Positions 36,237 to 37,520 of a stretch of 37,520 nucleotides of DNA are shown here, in pieces. Source of the DNA: Deltaproteobacteria bacterium UBA796 (GTDB lineage Bacteria > Myxococcota_A > UBA796); contig DBIS01000230.1 in assembly GCA_002296975.1 (NCBI GenBank), forward strand, positions 1-37,520, in the 5' to 3' direction. The notes below the pieces were generated by a model. It was given only the letters and a program-made list of their open reading frames with translations, was not told the DNA's origin and made no database searches. The position numbers and the translations under genes are program-made. The number at the start of each line of letters is the position of its first letter. Position 1 is the first letter of the stretch.

Positions 36237-37130
36237 CTATTTGATGGTAGGGAAGAAGATGGACACAGCGGCCTGGACGATGAAGTTGTTTTTCATTTCC
36301 AGTTGCGTTGCGTTGACGGTTTCGATGTAAACCATCGAGCGGCCCTCGAGTCGGAATGCCATATTCTCGTTGAATATGACCCGTGCTCCCCCGCCAAAGT
36401 TTGTGGTGGGGTGTACCTGCTCACTGGTTTTCGCTGCGAGGGTCTTTCCGTCGGCGTCATCCAAGCACTCGAGGCATTCGCTGGTTTGAGTGAAGCCCAT
36501 GCCGAAAGATGTGTAAATGTCGAAGTTGATGATGTTTCCGCCCATCACTGCGACCTTCCCGTAAATCGGGGAAAACAACAAACTGGCTGAGCTGAAGTAG
36601 GTCAGGCGCGAGATGTCTGGGCTGACGGAGTTCTTGTCTCGAAGCTGCTTTGTGATTGCGGTGTAGTCGGCTTCACCGAGATCGGGCGAGAAATCAAAGC
36701 TCAATTCCACCGCAAAGATCTCGGTGACATTGTAGTTAATGCCAGACCCAACGATGTAGCGCTTCAAAAATGGGTCGTTGGCCACAAAGGCAACGTGGGG
36801 CGATGCCTCCCAGCGGCCTTTCTTGAAGAAGCTTTTGCGCTGGATGGTTTTAATGGTCCGGTCTTTAGCGCCGTCATCTTCTTGGATGAGCGGGCTATCG
36901 TCGCGGGCACCGATGGTGCTGCCGGTGGAGCCAGATGCAAAATCTTGGCCTTCTTGGGCGGCGGATTGCTCGGTGTCATCTGAGGGTCCGCCCAAGATGT
37001 CTCCGAGGTCGTCGTCCTCAGCGCTGGAATCGTCTTGGGCGATGCCATCGTGAGTTGATGTGTCGTTGGCCCAAGCCAAACCGCCAAGGTTGGCAGAGAG
37101 CAGGACGAGGAAAGTGCGAACAGTCAGCAT
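36237..37130 (-). CDS. Outer-membrane beta-barrel protein (GltA/GltB / NfsA/NfsB family-like)
   Basis: 297 aa with signal peptide MLTVRTFLVLLSANLGGLAWA and an acidic disordered segment of about 70 aa. The barrel begins QRKSFFKKGRWEASPHVAFVANDPF. It is a paralogue of the next gene: GGNIINFDIYTSFGMGF aligns with GESVLNFDAYGTLGMGM, and NNFIVQAAVSIFFP aligns with NNFVATVGLSFFIP. Confidence 0.7.
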   Translation of the reverse strand: MLTVRTFLVLLSANLGGLAWANDTSTHDGIAQDDSSAEDDDLGDILGGPSDDTEQSAAQEGQDFASGSTGSTIGARDDSPLIQEDDGAKDRTIKTIQRKSFFKKGRWEASPHVAFVANDPFLKRYIVGSGINYNVTEIFAVELSFDFSPDLGEADYTAITKQLRDKNSVSPDISRLTYFSSASLLFSPIYGKVAVMGGNIINFDIYTSFGMGFTQTSECLECLDDADGKTLAAKTSEQVHPTTNFGGGARVIFNENMAFRLEGRSMVYIETVNATQLEMKNNFIVQAAVSIFFPTIK

Positions 37131-37149
37131 GGAATTGTCCCCCTTTGGC

Positions 37150-37520
37150 CTAAAAGTTGTACATGCGTTTCTTCATCTCGGGGATGAAGAAACTAAGACC
37201 GACGGTGGCCACAAAGTTGTTGTAAAGGCGTTGGCCATCGGGTGGATTTTCAGGGTCGTATGCGGGTTCGTTGGCAATATAAAAATAGTTGCGAGCGTCC
37301 AACTTGAGGGCCATGGATTGGTTTAGGAAAAAGTTGAAGCCGATGCCGATGGTGGGCGCGATGACAACCTTGTCTGGGTTGGGGGCGGGGTTGAGCTTGA
37401 GGTCTTTATCAGGGTCGTCTGTGTTCTCGACCGCCAAGTAGGACTTCAAGGTGAGCATGCCCATGCCGAGGGTGCCATAGGCGTCAAAGTTCAGTACCGA
37501 TTCGCCAATCAAGTTAATTT
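37150..37520 (-). CDS. Outer-membrane beta-barrel protein, C-terminal part (GltA/GltB / NfsA/NfsB family-like); N-terminus lies beyond the window
   Basis: The frame stays open to the window edge. It ends ...FFIPEMKKRMYNF with an aromatic terminus and is clearly paralogous to 36237..37130. Confidence 0.7.
   Translation of the reverse strand, partial: INLIGESVLNFDAYGTLGMGMLTLKSYLAVENTDDPDKDLKLNPAPNPDKVVIAPTIGIGFNFFLNQSMALKLDARNYFYIANEPAYDPENPPDGQRLYNNFVATVGLSFFIPEMKKRMYNF

Overview
This is a gene-dense, moderately high-GC bacterial chromosomal window with no mobile elements, CRISPR arrays or rRNA. About two thirds is recognisable housekeeping: the gap-pgk-tpiA glycolytic operon, pyrD, pyrE, guaB, nadB, pgsA, pepP, a tRNA-Gly(GCC) and an isolated rplC. 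Three accessory modules are interleaved with it.

- **(a) 4.5-8.6 kb:** a translationally coupled trio of a polytopic membrane protein, a hexapeptide-repeat protein and a CrtQ/HpnB-like GT2 lipid glycosyltransferase.
- **(b) 17.4-22.6 kb:** a TPR-protein-associated TRAP transporter (TatT-like lipoprotein, DctP, an oversized fused DctQM), followed by a lysophospholipase-like hydrolase.
- **(c) 25.1 kb to the window end, the most interesting:** a same-strand array with two paralogous OM beta-barrels, two large TPR-rich proteins, a TPR lipoprotein, an 84-aa secreted protein, an FHA/TM/TonB-C-like (AgmX/PglI-tail) protein and a third barrel.

The order and architecture of module (c) mirror the Myxococcus NfsA-H / GltA-H envelope machines, which drive gliding motility and spore-coat assembly. 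In this window it lacks an AglRQS-type motor and GltI/J/K. It carries an extra three-Ig-domain lipoprotein, is split by an internal terminator, and ends at a stand-alone L3 gene.

The gene content suggests a Myxococcota/Bradymonadia-like or other former deltaproteobacterial host, but this is a low-confidence inference. All calls come from reading the translations and DNA by eye; no database search was run.
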